From the NCBI GenBank assembly GCA_035084275.1, contig CM068761.1, positions 806,001 to 870,000 of the forward strand: a stretch of 64,000 nt of DNA. The letters are read 5' to 3'. Each line of letters begins with the position of its first letter. The first letter of the stretch is position 1. The position numbers were made by a program, and so were the translations under genes. A model generated the notes under the pieces. It was not told the DNA's origin and did not search any database. It saw nothing but the letters and a program-made list of their open reading frames with translations. This stretch comes from Hydrolagus colliei. Taxonomy: Eukaryota. Positions 49,586 to 61,500 of this stretch are shown piece by piece.

Positions 49586-51207
49586 TTTTGTCTTAATTCA
49601 TCTTATTTTTGAAGCGATTGTTACCCTTACAATCGCCGCCTCCCCCCGTCAAATTGCTCAGGGTGGCGAACACAGTACGCCGGTATCCCATTCCAAAGGC
49701 TGTGTCACTGTGCTGTCTATGCCATAGCTCTCTCTGTGCGCTGCTCTGTGTAGTTGTGAACATTTTCCGCTGTGCTGTTATTTAATACTGCCTTTGTAGG
49801 AGCGGTATTACATGGAAATCATGTTTCTGATCTGGAAACTGCCAGATAAATTCTGTGCTGAAAAGGTTCAATTAATGTTCTAAACCTGTGTAGCTGTCAT
49901 ATTAGGCAAAACAGGAAATGTGATGAGGTTATTTCAGTTAATTATTCCAGTTAGGTGAGAGGCAGTAATTGGGCTGTGTGATGTCAGTCACAATGCACAT
50001 TAATTACCTGAATCGCACGCGGAGCAAAAGGTCTAGTAGATGTTATCTGATATTTCATAAAAGAGTGGTTAAAAACGATGGAAGTGACGGCTGAGGTAAC
50101 TCAAAAGGGGAAGAAAACATTTCCATTCAATTAATACGAAACAGGAAGGATTGTAAACATTGACTTTTTTTTACAAAATCTTTTAGCTCATCATCTGTCA
50201 GAAGGGGGGGAACCTCTAGTTTCTCGCAGGTGTCCTCGAGAGAGCGAGAGAGAGAAATCAGCTTTGTTTTTGAAGGCCACCGTCTTGAGACCTGAGTGAG
50301 AGAAACCCCCCCCACTCCCCCATTACCACATCATGTGATTTCCTCCCCGCACCCCCCAACAGCCTTGACGGATTACCCTCAAGTAAGCTCCCCTTTGTGA
50401 GAGTCAGTGTGCGTTTTCACTGTGTCTCCGGTTTCTCTCAGTCTCTTGGAGGTTCTGTCCTCCCTGTTGTGGTTGTGTTGTTGACTTGGTTGCCCCGGTC
50501 TCACAGTGTGGTTGCTCTGGCACATGTCTGAAGCTCCACCAAGTACTTTTTTCCCCCTCGCGTATGAGCCCAGTCCCTGAGGAAAAAATGGGTCTTTCTT
50601 GTTGGAAAGCCTGGCAGAGTTGGCCCAAAGCATTTGTCACAGGATTTTCCTTTCGGCACAGTGAGCTGCCACTCACAACAAGCTTACAAGCACTAAGTAG
50701 CTTAATCAATATCCCCCCCCTCCTCCACACACATACACATATATATATATGTATGTATATACATAAAGTCTTTTTCCTCTTGTGTTGCTTTTTACTCTGC
50801 AAACCTAAATTTATCCCCTGTTTCTTTATCCCTCATGTATTGTGAAATAGCCGGTCAGACAGCCTGCGTTGCTCTCTGGCTTTACCAGCAGATTAGCCTT
50901 GGGCAATGCTCACAGTTTGTATCTCTCTCCATCTCTCCCCCCCCCCCCGCCCCCCGTGTGTGATAACATAGAACACCAAAGCCAGTCAGTTATCTGTGTG
51001 TGTGTGGGGGTGAGGGTGTGTGTGGGTTGGGGTGGGGGGGTGTACAAAGTGTGGGTGCAGCTCCCTTTGTTTTCCCTTTCTTTCTGTTTTCGGTAACTAA
51101 CACTTCCTATACTTTCCGATTCCACAAAACGGACTGAAATCTCCTAAACTGTGAAACGGTGGTGGGGAGAGGGTAACCTGGCAGAACTTGCATCGCATTT
51201 ATATATT

Positions 51208-51334
51208 GTGATTGGCTGCTGTGTTTCGCCCACAAATATAGAGTCAATTCACTTTACAATATATTCTGTGAAATGTTTGAGACGTCAGTAAGATGTGAAA
51301 AGCTGCTGTATCAAAAATGCAAGGATTATTATTA
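51208..51334 (+). mobile_element. tRNA-SINE 3' half
   Basis: ATTGGCTGCTGTGTTTCGCCCACAAATATA..TGCAAGGATTATTATT. Confidence 0.9.
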
Positions 51335-51949
51335 TCATCTAGATTTCTCCACGTTTACTGTAATTCGCAGTTCTTCATTGAAATCTGATTTCATGAAAAA
51401 CCTCTGAACTGTTCTCCACTCGCATAACAACGTTTATTTCATCAATCTGAGCGGTATTCAGTGGTGTTTCAGGTCACTTAACACTTTACCGGTGGTGAGA
51501 TTACCAAGGGCAGACCTGGAAAATATATAAAGTAAATGAATCAATTTCACAATTATATTTGCGTCTGTCCTAAATTAGAGCTGGGGAAATAGGCAATGTA
51601 GTGTTTAGTATTCCGATTGCATTGAATTTTAACACAAGCTCTTTTCAAATACAAAACACCCGTTTTTTGAGGAGAGATCTATTAGCCAATATAGATGAGC
51701 TTTCCAGTTAATAAAGATTAAAGGATAATCATTAGAGTTTTGTGGAGCGTGATCAGCCACATGCCATTTTCATCTGGGTCGCGCACCGAGGAGACGCAGT
51801 GAAAGCACTGCATATTGTGAGCACAGATTGCATTGTGTGATGATAATCTGAGAAGTCGTTTGCTAAAACAGCTCACCAAAGGGCTGCGGGTTTAAAAAAG
51901 ACATTCCCAGATGCCTCCTGAAGTGTGTGGGTCATTATCAGGTCATTGT

Positions 51950-52022
51950 TCAGATGGGCATCAAAGATACCACCCCACCACTGAAAAAAGAGGAAGGAGT
52001 TTCTCCCTGTATTCTGGCCAGC
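51950..52022 (+). mobile_element. Deu-domain SINE relic
   Basis: AAAGATACCA..AAAAAGAGGAAGGAGTTTCTCCCTGTATTCTGGCCA resembles the recalled Deu core; reverse-complement homolog at 13590-13650. Confidence 0.55.
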
Positions 52023-52058
52023 ACTGAAGACTGACGCTCTTTCACTCACCACATGTCC

Positions 52059-52283
52059 GCTCAGTGGTTAGAGCACTCGCAAGTGAGAGACCTGTGTTCG
52101 ATTCCCAGCAGGTCAGGGCGAAACCTTGGGCAGCTTTCCTTACTCCACGCGCCGGATAATAATCCCCCCAAGAAAATAAAGCAATAATAATAATTTGGTC
52201 ACTCCATCCAGGACTGTTGTGAGACACTGTGAAGCGCTTTGAGACGTTTGAAGATGTCCTTACAATACAAGGATTATGATTAT
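52059..52283 (+). mobile_element. tRNA-SINE with internal deletion of the core
   Basis: Head and B box present; the sequence jumps from GAGACACTGTG straight to AAGCGCTTTGAG, consistent with a deletion between two CTGTG sites. Confidence 0.9.
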
Positions 52284-53026
52284 GCAATCATAGGATGAAT
52301 CGGCTGACGTGAGATGCTTTTACACGATGAACTGTAAATTCTTTGTTAACTGGTTGGATCACAATGATGAGTTTTTGAGATGGATCATTGCAAACCTGTG
52401 TGTGTGTTTGACCACAGGCCAGCGCCATTTTATGTCAGGTCAGAGCTCTTTCAGCCTCTCTCTCTCTCTCTAACTGAGAAGCGAGGCGTTTGGCAGTGAG
52501 GCTGTGGAGCTCCTCTTGTGTGACTATAGCTTTGAGGATGTGGGAGAAGCTGTCATGTTTGTGGTCACTTTGCAATGCACATTCAATAATAATTTTGAGC
52601 TGCTCAGTCATAACGAGGCCAAATTCCCTTTGGGGGTGTTGGTCAGCCCTGGCTTCTCTATATAAAGATGTGCACATTCTACAACTGGTTTGAAATCAAA
52701 AGTGGTTTCACGGTTAAGATGTGACTCATTTCTGTGGAGCGATGTCAGCAATTTAGTTTGAAAATCCTTCATCTCGCAGACGTTCGCCAGCTGCTATAAA
52801 TAAGAATGTCTGCATTTTGAGCTTTACTGTAAAGCTGTTCACTTTGTAGTGAAAACAATTAAAAACTCCCTCAAAACAGAGCCGGGATCCTTTAGAGATT
52901 TTTTGTTCCATTACTAACGAAGTCAATAGGGTGGTATGTTAAGCCTGCAGGGGTGTCTGCTTGTGTCAGTCCCTAATCTCCGTTCTAAACTGAAGCTGAT
53001 ACAGTCATGAGAGTGGAGAGAGCCCC

Positions 53027-53053
53027 CTCTCTCTCTCTCTCTCTCTCTCTCTC
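53027..53053. repeat. (TC)n microsatellite
   Basis: Visible run. Confidence 0.9.
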
Positions 53054-53514
53054 AGACTGTGTTGGAGTCAAAGCCATTGCAGCTGAAGGGAACCATTTCA
53101 ATTGCTCGGATATCCTCTTTTGTTTAGTAGAAAGATAATTGAAGCCAACATTCCCTGGGTGCAGGCAGGTCATCCGACTGTACACTCAGAGACTTATTCT
53201 TTACTTACTTCCCAGCCTGATATCAGCTCCACCCCCACCCACCCCCCCTCAAAGCTCTGGAATGTAAATCTCCCACCTGCAATCAGCTGAGGTGTGGGCT
53301 GAAGTTGGCATTTTTATTGCCACCTGTTTTGTTGTCAGGACTGACAATTCAAACAAAGCCGCACCAAGGCACGTGCTTTCTTTTCTCTGCAAACTCCATG
53401 AGTATGGGACAGGACTGGAGGGGCTTCATGTTACCACTCTGCGGTCCCTAACCCCAGTGACTATCGCCCATCAAATGACTAAACAGACGTATGTGAATTG
53501 TCAGCATTAGTTCA

Positions 53515-53670
53515 GCCCCCACCCAATTCCTCATCCAATGCCTGCACACCCGTACACCCTGGCACTGAGGACAATTCAATGCACCTAATTCCTCTCCCAA
53601 CAGAGAGATCAGCTAACTTGGCACAGACCAGCAAGTGAACCTGAGACTTTTCTGGTCTAACTGGTTTTAG
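53515..53670 (-). mobile_element. LF-SINE-like relic
   Basis: GGCACTGAGGACAATT..GAGATCAGCTAACTTGGCACAGACC..GAACCTGAGACTTTTCTGGTCT; GAGATCAGCTAAC recurs at 59863-59875. Confidence 0.65.
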
Positions 53671-54701
53671 ATGTAAGCATTTGCTAGCAGTCATTAATTT
53701 GACTTGGTTTTTCAGAATAGACTGTCTGGAGTCTGTACACAAAAACAGATGCTACAAACAGCCACAGGAATATACTTTCAAAGCAACTTCACTCAGGCTC
53801 CAAATGTACACAGAATGGTTCTGACCACCAACATCTTTTGTTTTTCCAACCCCTCCGCTGAAGAAATGTAAATCTTTAGCAGAGAGTAGAAAGAAGCCAG
53901 GCAGGCCCCAGGAGGTCAAGAAGGGGCAAAAAGAACAGGTTTGTATCCCATGCTGTTGCCCGCACTTTGAAAGGGACAAGAAAGAAGGAGCAAAGGTTTT
54001 AGAAGCACCGTTTCCAGCTTGGTCTTAACACCTTTCGTGCTACCCATTGCTTTCACACCATTGAGCATTTTCCGCTGCGGTGTATGCAGTTTGTGCGTTG
54101 GGTACAGAGAGTCTCACCACACTGTCTGAGGATATGTCATGTTCCCAGTTTTCTGTATGATGATTTTTGATGATCAGGCCAGTCACACAGTCACTTCCTT
54201 CTCTTCTCCCCCCATGTCCCTTCCCTGGCACTGAATGGTGCTGAAGGACAGTTCTATTGGTACTGGCTGTTACCTCCTCATCTGCCCATCATCTCCTTGT
54301 GCAAGTCCAGCAAGCAGTGCCTCTCCTCTGCACAGCCAGCCCCACTTTCTTTCCATCATGGTTTGCTCTTCTCCACCCACAGGCACTGAAACCAATTATA
54401 ACTCAGCACTGATCCTGCTTGTCCTGTGGTTCAGTTTGACACCGTACAGTGGCTTTACTGACTGAACATTGGGGGCATCCCATCACAGTCATTCTGATGA
54501 CTGAGATTATTACCACATGCAATGAATGCAGGCGGCCCAGGCTTACTTTACTTGCTTTATTTACTCATTGGAGAGGAAGCTTTTCATGCTATTGTTGGAC
54601 AGTGTTCAGAGCGAAAAGGATTTTGCCAAACCCCACCCTGGCCAGTCAGCCCATTCTTTCTAACGGTTTCAGAATTTGACTAAGCTACAGTCATGCATAT
54701 A

Positions 54702-54892
54702 TATTGGCTGCCGTATTTCGCTCACATATGTACAGTCAATTCCCTTTACAGTATATTTTGTGAAGAGCTTTGTGAGACAATAACAGCAATAAAATTACAG
54801 TTGTATAGTGCCTTTCGCGTCAGGAGGATGTCTAGAAGACGTGAAAAGCGCTATATCAGACGCAAGGATTACTATTATTATTGCTATTATTA
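54702..54892 (+). mobile_element. tRNA-SINE 3' half with an antisense L2 tail inserted at ~54777-54832
   Basis: The SINE tail is split by (AAC)-like AAATTACAGTTGTATAGTGCCTTTCGCGTCAGGAGGATGTC. Confidence 0.85.
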
Positions 54893-56345
54893 TTCCATTC
54901 TTAAAGAAATTTGACCAGAATAATGCCTGGATTATGCTCCTAGTTTAGATATTGTTTCACTTGTAATTCATTTCCCTGTTTGATGGTTATACATAAATAA
55001 AGCTTCTGACAGGCGTGGCTTTTTCAGGCAGCGATGCAGACAACACATGTATCCGTTTGCTTAATTCCTCAGCATCTGAGGTGAATCCAATCCGTTTTAC
55101 AGTGAATCTGGAGATGCTTCCCATTCTGAGTAAATGAGAAATCGGTTGCCGTTAGCTTCATTATGAGGGCACTTCCATCCAACTGTAGGCACAGCTCACC
55201 CCGAAGCAGGGCCAGTGGTCAAGCCTGATGCAGCTGCTTGTTCTTAAAAGGCCTTCATCACTGGGGGATAGGTGATATCCCGATATCCTCACTTCACTTC
55301 ACACAATGCGCAGTGTATGTGCGAGTGACGCAACGTGGGCCCAATCTGTCTCTCTATCCACTTCCCAATCGGCTCAGAGAGAAAGCAGAGGCCTGAGCCA
55401 TGTTATTTACGCAGCCCTGTTCTGCGGTGAGGGCGAGGAGGAGTCAGCTTGTCACTTCCCATCCCTCATCAGTCACACATTTCTTTGTTTCCCAACATCC
55501 CTCAGCTTTGTGTTGTGTCAGTGAGAGGACGTCCTGAGGTCAGACTCTTCCTGTGCGTTGGACAACAACTTGCCTTTGCATAATAGCGCCCTTCGGGTGG
55601 AGTGGCTACTATTTTCATTTCTCGGCATCCAGGACTACTGGCAAGGTGCGCGCTAACCCAAACTCCGAGACCCCAGGCCTGGCTCGTGTGGCTCTGAATA
55701 CGAGCATTGCTTTTCCAGCATTTTGAACAGACTGTAATCTTACCATGATACCAGCAGCCAGAGAAGATGATGCTTGTGGTCGCAACCAATTGTTCTGCGG
55801 TAAAGGATGTTAGTGAGAGATAAAGACTCGGCAGGGTCCTCGCTAGTGCAGATAGCACCGTAATCAGATTTGATGCCTGCTGCTTATCTGATTGTTTTCA
55901 GCTCTGCCCTATGATGATGGTTTCTCAGCTGACAAATCCGACGAGCTGTACGTGACAGCTTCCTGTCTAGTTAATTGGGACCTTTGAACAGGAAGGCTTG
56001 ACAACAGTGAGCAGTTCACTGTGCCAAGCTTGTCTCATGAATTTTCATGGCCTCGCTAGAAATATGCCTTGCAATAAAAATGCTTGTTATTTCTGTACAT
56101 CGGAATGCTTTATTAATTAGTGTACGTGTCGCTACAGATCAGTCTCTTTTGCTTGAGTCTTAATTGGTTTTGTTGATTTTCTTTGTGTGAGTTTCTCTGC
56201 GAGCAAGCACTCTGTATGAAATTGGGTCAATTAGGCGTGTTGGTTGTTAGACGATCCTGTGGTTACACGAGGCTGTACATTAATGATGCTGAACGGTAGT
56301 GGGAGTCTGGTATCTTTTGTACGAGACCTCAGTGCTGTGAACAGC

Positions 56346-56416
56346 CCAACAACAACAACAACAACTTGCAGTTCTAACTTGCGCCCTTCAGCTGGTGTAG
56401 GGTCCCGGAGCGGTTT
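56346..56416 (-). mobile_element. L2 3' tail fragment
   Basis: (AAC)n TTGCAGTT..GCGCCCTTCA.. Confidence 0.6.
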
Positions 56417-57111
56417 GTTTTGTTTCCTCCTTTGCTTTAGGTTGTGTTGCTGGTCCTCGTCTCGATACCACGACCGATACAAGCGCAATACAGCGTCCGT
56501 CCCGCTAATCACTCCCCGCCAGTCTGTCAGTCCGCGACACCACCTGCTTGGACGCATTGCCGGGAGTTGGGGACACATTTCTGACCGCGCGAATGTCGGG
56601 CGGGAATGTTGAATTTACGTACCGGCCGTCAGCTGGTAGCCCAACGAGTTGAAGCCAGCGCAGCACGGAGGTGCCGAGAGGGGCTGCGTGGGAACAAACC
56701 TCGGGAAACAAACTAGCGTTAAATCCCTTAATGTAACTCAAGCTTTCAGACCCGCAAAGTGGCTAGGTGTGCAGCCATTGTTTATGCCCTGACATCTCCG
56801 TGGAACGAGAGACATTTATTCTGGCATCTGAACGCTTTGACACTACAAACACTTCAGGATGAGGCTTTATCAATGTCTTGCTGTGCCCACATGTATTCTT
56901 GTGTGGCTGTGAGATGCCTTTAATCCTCTTTTTTGACTTGTTGCCGACGGGTTTGTTCCAAGTCGTTGCATAACAGAGCTGCCCACCAGCGACCAAACCC
57001 TTGAGGCCGAGAGAGAGAGACAGAAGTCAGGACAGCCCGGAGTTCACCCCGAGGCTGCTTCATTCACTCTGTCGGCACTGGCAGGGTTCAGTGGGACAGG
57101 TTATTGTATGT

Positions 57112-57143
57112 CCCCCCCCCCCCCCCCCCCCCCCCACTCCCCC
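57112..57143. repeat. Poly-C tract
   Basis: Long C homopolymer; similar tracts at ~5635, 15321, 25726, 30475, 30893, 34861, 50937, 58795 and 63208. Confidence 0.9.
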
Positions 57144-58384
57144 ACGTCTGTGAGATAGTGCAGTGATAATGGTGATGGTGAAGCCTCGCCACGAGTTATT
57201 GCAACTCACCCAACCGAGGTGAGCAACTGGAAGTGACAGGCAGCCCTGAGACTCAAACCCTGACCTTCTGGTTTTGGGCCTAAACCCTCCCTCTCATCTT
57301 GCTCCAGCTACTGGCTTGTTAATATTCCACAACCGCGGTGTCACGCTTCCAAACACTTGTAAAACGTCATCTGGGTTTATAATAAGTCGATATTTTTCCG
57401 AGTGAAACGAATAATTTGCTGATGAATTACACTAATTTTGTGCGGTTCGAGTGATTAGCATTTTAAGTGTTGTTTCTTTAGTCACTGGGTTTCAAACAAA
57501 GCGGGGTGGGGTGTGGGGGAAATTACAGATACTATATATGTGTGTGTATGTGTATGTATACACCTGCAGCAAGAGTCAGAACAAAATGGTGCTAGTTTCA
57601 TTGAGTTGGCTTTGACTCAGTGCGGTATCCTCACTGTCAAATGGTGGATGGTGGTGCTTTAATCATCGGCAGCGATGTTTCGAAGGTCATTTCACCCAGA
57701 GCTGTTCAAAATGTGACAGATGTGGCTTTTCTTCTGAGTAATTGGCTTTCTCAGTTTTAGGATGGCAGCACAATTAACTAATAATTTCAGTGGAAAAGAA
57801 TTTTAACAATAATGTATTCAGTCGCATTCTTGTTTCAACTTGCCTCTGCTTAATAACAGCTTTAAAAACTGAAGATATGGTTATTTAAGATTCTGGTCCT
57901 TTCTCTAGGAAGATACAAAATTGGATGTTATCCCCTTTGAGCTGCGAGTTTCCTTTGATCATTGCAGAGACCAAACGATTTCAATCTCGAGAACAATATT
58001 GACTACTATCGGTCTAACTGTACCTCTGTATTAAGCAGGGTACTGAATGACATTTTCAATCTGTACCTACCTCTGCAATAGTGTGCTGCTATTATTTGAA
58101 GGGAGTACAAATGCGTCATGCTGCTTTGAGTGAAGGAACAAGCACTGGTATGTCTCCTTCCTCTACTGAGAGGTGAGAGCTAGAGACAGATTATCTCTTT
58201 GAAAAGGCAGAGTATAAGCAGCTAGGGTTACACACTTCCTGTGGGTAAATGAGGACGCCATTGGTATCTACCAGGAAACAGCTCACCTGTACCCAATCTG
58301 TCCCTAGACTCAATCAACGCTGGGACGAAGAGCTGCAAAGGGTGAGAGGGGGTGAACCAGGTGATTTACCGCTCATGTTGGCTT

Positions 58385-58530
58385 GTGGTTCCACGGGAGC
58401 CAGTCTCCTCCAGTACCTTGTCCACATGGAATATTTCGTCTGAGATGAGATTGTGTCAGCAAGGTTATATACCTTATTGTGGTGGGGCCATCATCCTTTC
58501 TGCCCCACTCTCCGGAACCCCATCCCGGAT
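58385..58530 (-). mobile_element. LF-SINE-like relic (3' part)
   Basis: GGTTCCACGGGAGCCAGTCTCCTCCAGTACCTTGTCCACATGG..TGTGTCAGCAAGGTTAT.., the reverse-complement homolog of 18545-18620. Confidence 0.6.
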
Positions 58531-61500
58531 GCCCTCCTCCTCAACCCCCCTGCCTCCTTCAAGGCCTAATTGCGATGGAACTAAAAGGAGGAACTCAGCT
58601 TTGATCATTTCTCGGCCTCCTGAAGTATGCGATTCAAATTCAACCCGGGTCAATCAACATCAATAATTTGTGTTTATTTTGCGCCCCTCACGTCACTGGT
58701 AGTATTCCAGAGGACTTGGTGTACGAAGTCAAACAGGAGGAACTTTTACAGCCAAGGTGCCATTTTTGTGAACCATTTCATGCTTAAGATCGTTCCCCCC
58801 CCCCCCCCCCCATTTTTTAGTGCTTGCCAACGTCATTGCGTCAGAGTAACTCCCGTCGAGAGCATTTTGGTTTGATTCTGTTCCTTAAGATGGACACGTA
58901 CTGCGGTATTTCTCTTAATACAATGATTTCCAATGGAACCCGCTCGGTGGCTCAGAACGTATTGTCTAACTTCAGATGGCAATTGACGGAAGGAGGTTGA
59001 TTGCTGATCTGAGGTGGCAGTTGGGCTCTGGGGTAATTCCTCAAGGAAGTGTTAAGATGAGAATGAGGACATGCCCACCAGTTTCTGGCTGAGAACTGAC
59101 ACAATTCATTTTGCACCAGACAGGCTAATTTGTTGGACACTGAGGCATGCTAACCTCCCCACGTAAAGGTGAACAGTTAGATCTGTACCACTTTGCACAT
59201 AGAAACCTTAACTGTTCCTCGTGGACTCGATCACTGACTTGTTCTGCTGTTATTTTGGGACGCCGTCTACATTTCATATTTTCTGTGTGCTTTATATTGA
59301 CATCTCAGATAGAAGTTCATGAAGTGAGTCGGCTGTGAAAACCACAATTCATATTTCAGGATGCTTGGAAGTTAGTTCTGTGTCTGCCTGTAGCCAGTAT
59401 GGCTGTCTACAGGACGAAGAGACAGCTTAATGGATTCATAGTAAATGTTGAAATTTATCTGGGATCATTTATATGAATAATAAAAGCATAGTTGGCTTAG
59501 GTCAGTTAGTGCTTCTCTTTATATGGTTAGACAAGACAAGGAATGGAATGTCTGATCAAATGCTTGTGTGACTTCACTTTCATCTGTTTTGTTGGTAGTC
59601 AGTGCTAACGCTGGCCTGGGCGGCTGGCGGGTGTTTGGGTGGCCTGTCGAGCCGTGTGTGGGGCTGATCAAGGTTATGTTCCACAACACGTCTTTCAACT
59701 TCTAATTTATAATAATCCAAACCTTGATTTGTTTTTTTCTGCTGCAGTTTGTCTGGAATCACCCACGGTACAGTTCTTACCTCAATAACTATGGGATATG
59801 AAGTAGGTCTCGATCACCCAGCAAGGTAGTGATCAGCCCCCACCATCCCCCCTCCCCGGTTTGAGATCAGCTAACCCTGGGCAGTGCCCACCCACTCTTG
59901 TCCAGTGTGTTTACCGTCTATGGAAACTGTGTGGATTGTCAAGAGAATGGTGGGCTAACTCGCTCTGGGGTGTCAGGTTCCTCATTCTCTATATCAAATA
60001 GCCCCTCTCTGCCTTCTCTCTTCCCCCCCCCACTCTCTCTATGACCTGTTCCAATAGAAGCAACAGGAGGTGTATTTAAGTGGGGGGATTACACTGTGAG
60101 CTGAAACAATTGGAACCACATTGCTGCCTCTTCCAATCAGAAAACACTGAGCATATGTTCCAGAAGAAGGCTGGTTCCACAGCTTGATTACAGGAGTCTC
60201 CAGCATACGTTACTATTCCCTGTGGAATATTTACTTTAATGTGGAAATTGTCTTGATGTGCAAAAAAAAAATGAAACCGAACCGAGGATGCGAAATCAAA
60301 CACTAAATCTAAATCTCTCGGCAACAAAGAGTCCCCAAACTGCACAGGTGGATTTACAAGGTGTGTTCACTGCCATAAATTCCTGTTGTAAAAAAAATGT
60401 CCCCTTGTCTCTTATATCTACGAGGCAGCAGAGAAGATAGCCAGCCAATCGTCATAAAAGCTTCCATGTGTCATAGGAAAGTCTCGATATCTGTTTCATG
60501 ATGGATGCTCGAGTGTGCGCATCTCTGGCTGTAACCCTTTACAGTCTGTTCTTCAGCAGGGTTGCTAAACCCTTCCACCATCCTGTCTGTTCCCTCCGCT
60601 TGGCGGGCTCTGGCCTGCTCCTCATCCCACACAAGGGTGGAGCAAGCAAGGCGAAGGGTCTGCAGGATTGATATCACGATCAGCTTTCCTGATGAAAGGT
60701 GATCGTTTGTCAATTTTACACTTCCTCTCCCACCCACCCCACCCACCCCCACCCCCTCAACATACACACACTAGATCACCTGTATACGCTGCTGGTTGAC
60801 AGCGCTGATGTGTAAGAGTTATTAATGTACTCTCACCCTCTGGAAATGCACTGATGTGCTGTGCAATTTGTCTGATATGTTCAGGACTGGAAGGGTTAAG
60901 TTCCGTCCAGAAAAACCTGGATTTTTTTTATTAAATACGATTCTTAGATGGGTATATAGCAATTTTACTGCTGTAATAACTGCCTAGTGTGGCAAGAAGT
61001 GCATTTCCGTGTAATGCTTCCAGCTTTGTCATTGAAGACATCATAGCCATGAATTTGAAAGTGGAATTGAAGGCAATATAATTTGATTACCTATATTAAT
61101 CAAGTGCAGTTAAACATTTAAAAACCAGTAATGTATGTGCCTGACTGATGCCAGATAGCCAAGTCTGTAGTTCAGAAGATTTATTTTCAGAAATATAATT
61201 CATTTAAGATGAGAGGACCATAATTGCAAGTGCTGTGTGGAATTTCAATGGAGCTGAGGAATAATAGGCAGCGTATCTGGGCTGCACACAACTAGCCCAA
61301 GGTCTGCTTAATGAAAAGGAAATGAATGACACAATGTATGATATTGCAGTGAGTGTAAAATAAAGGAACTTGACAGTTATAATGAAGAGGGACAAAATAA
61401 CCTACTGTCGTGTCAGACTTTCATTTTTAATGTAAATTTAAAAACACGGTGGTGGGCAGGGATTCTGTGGTAGGCAGGGTATAACTTTAATTAACAATGA

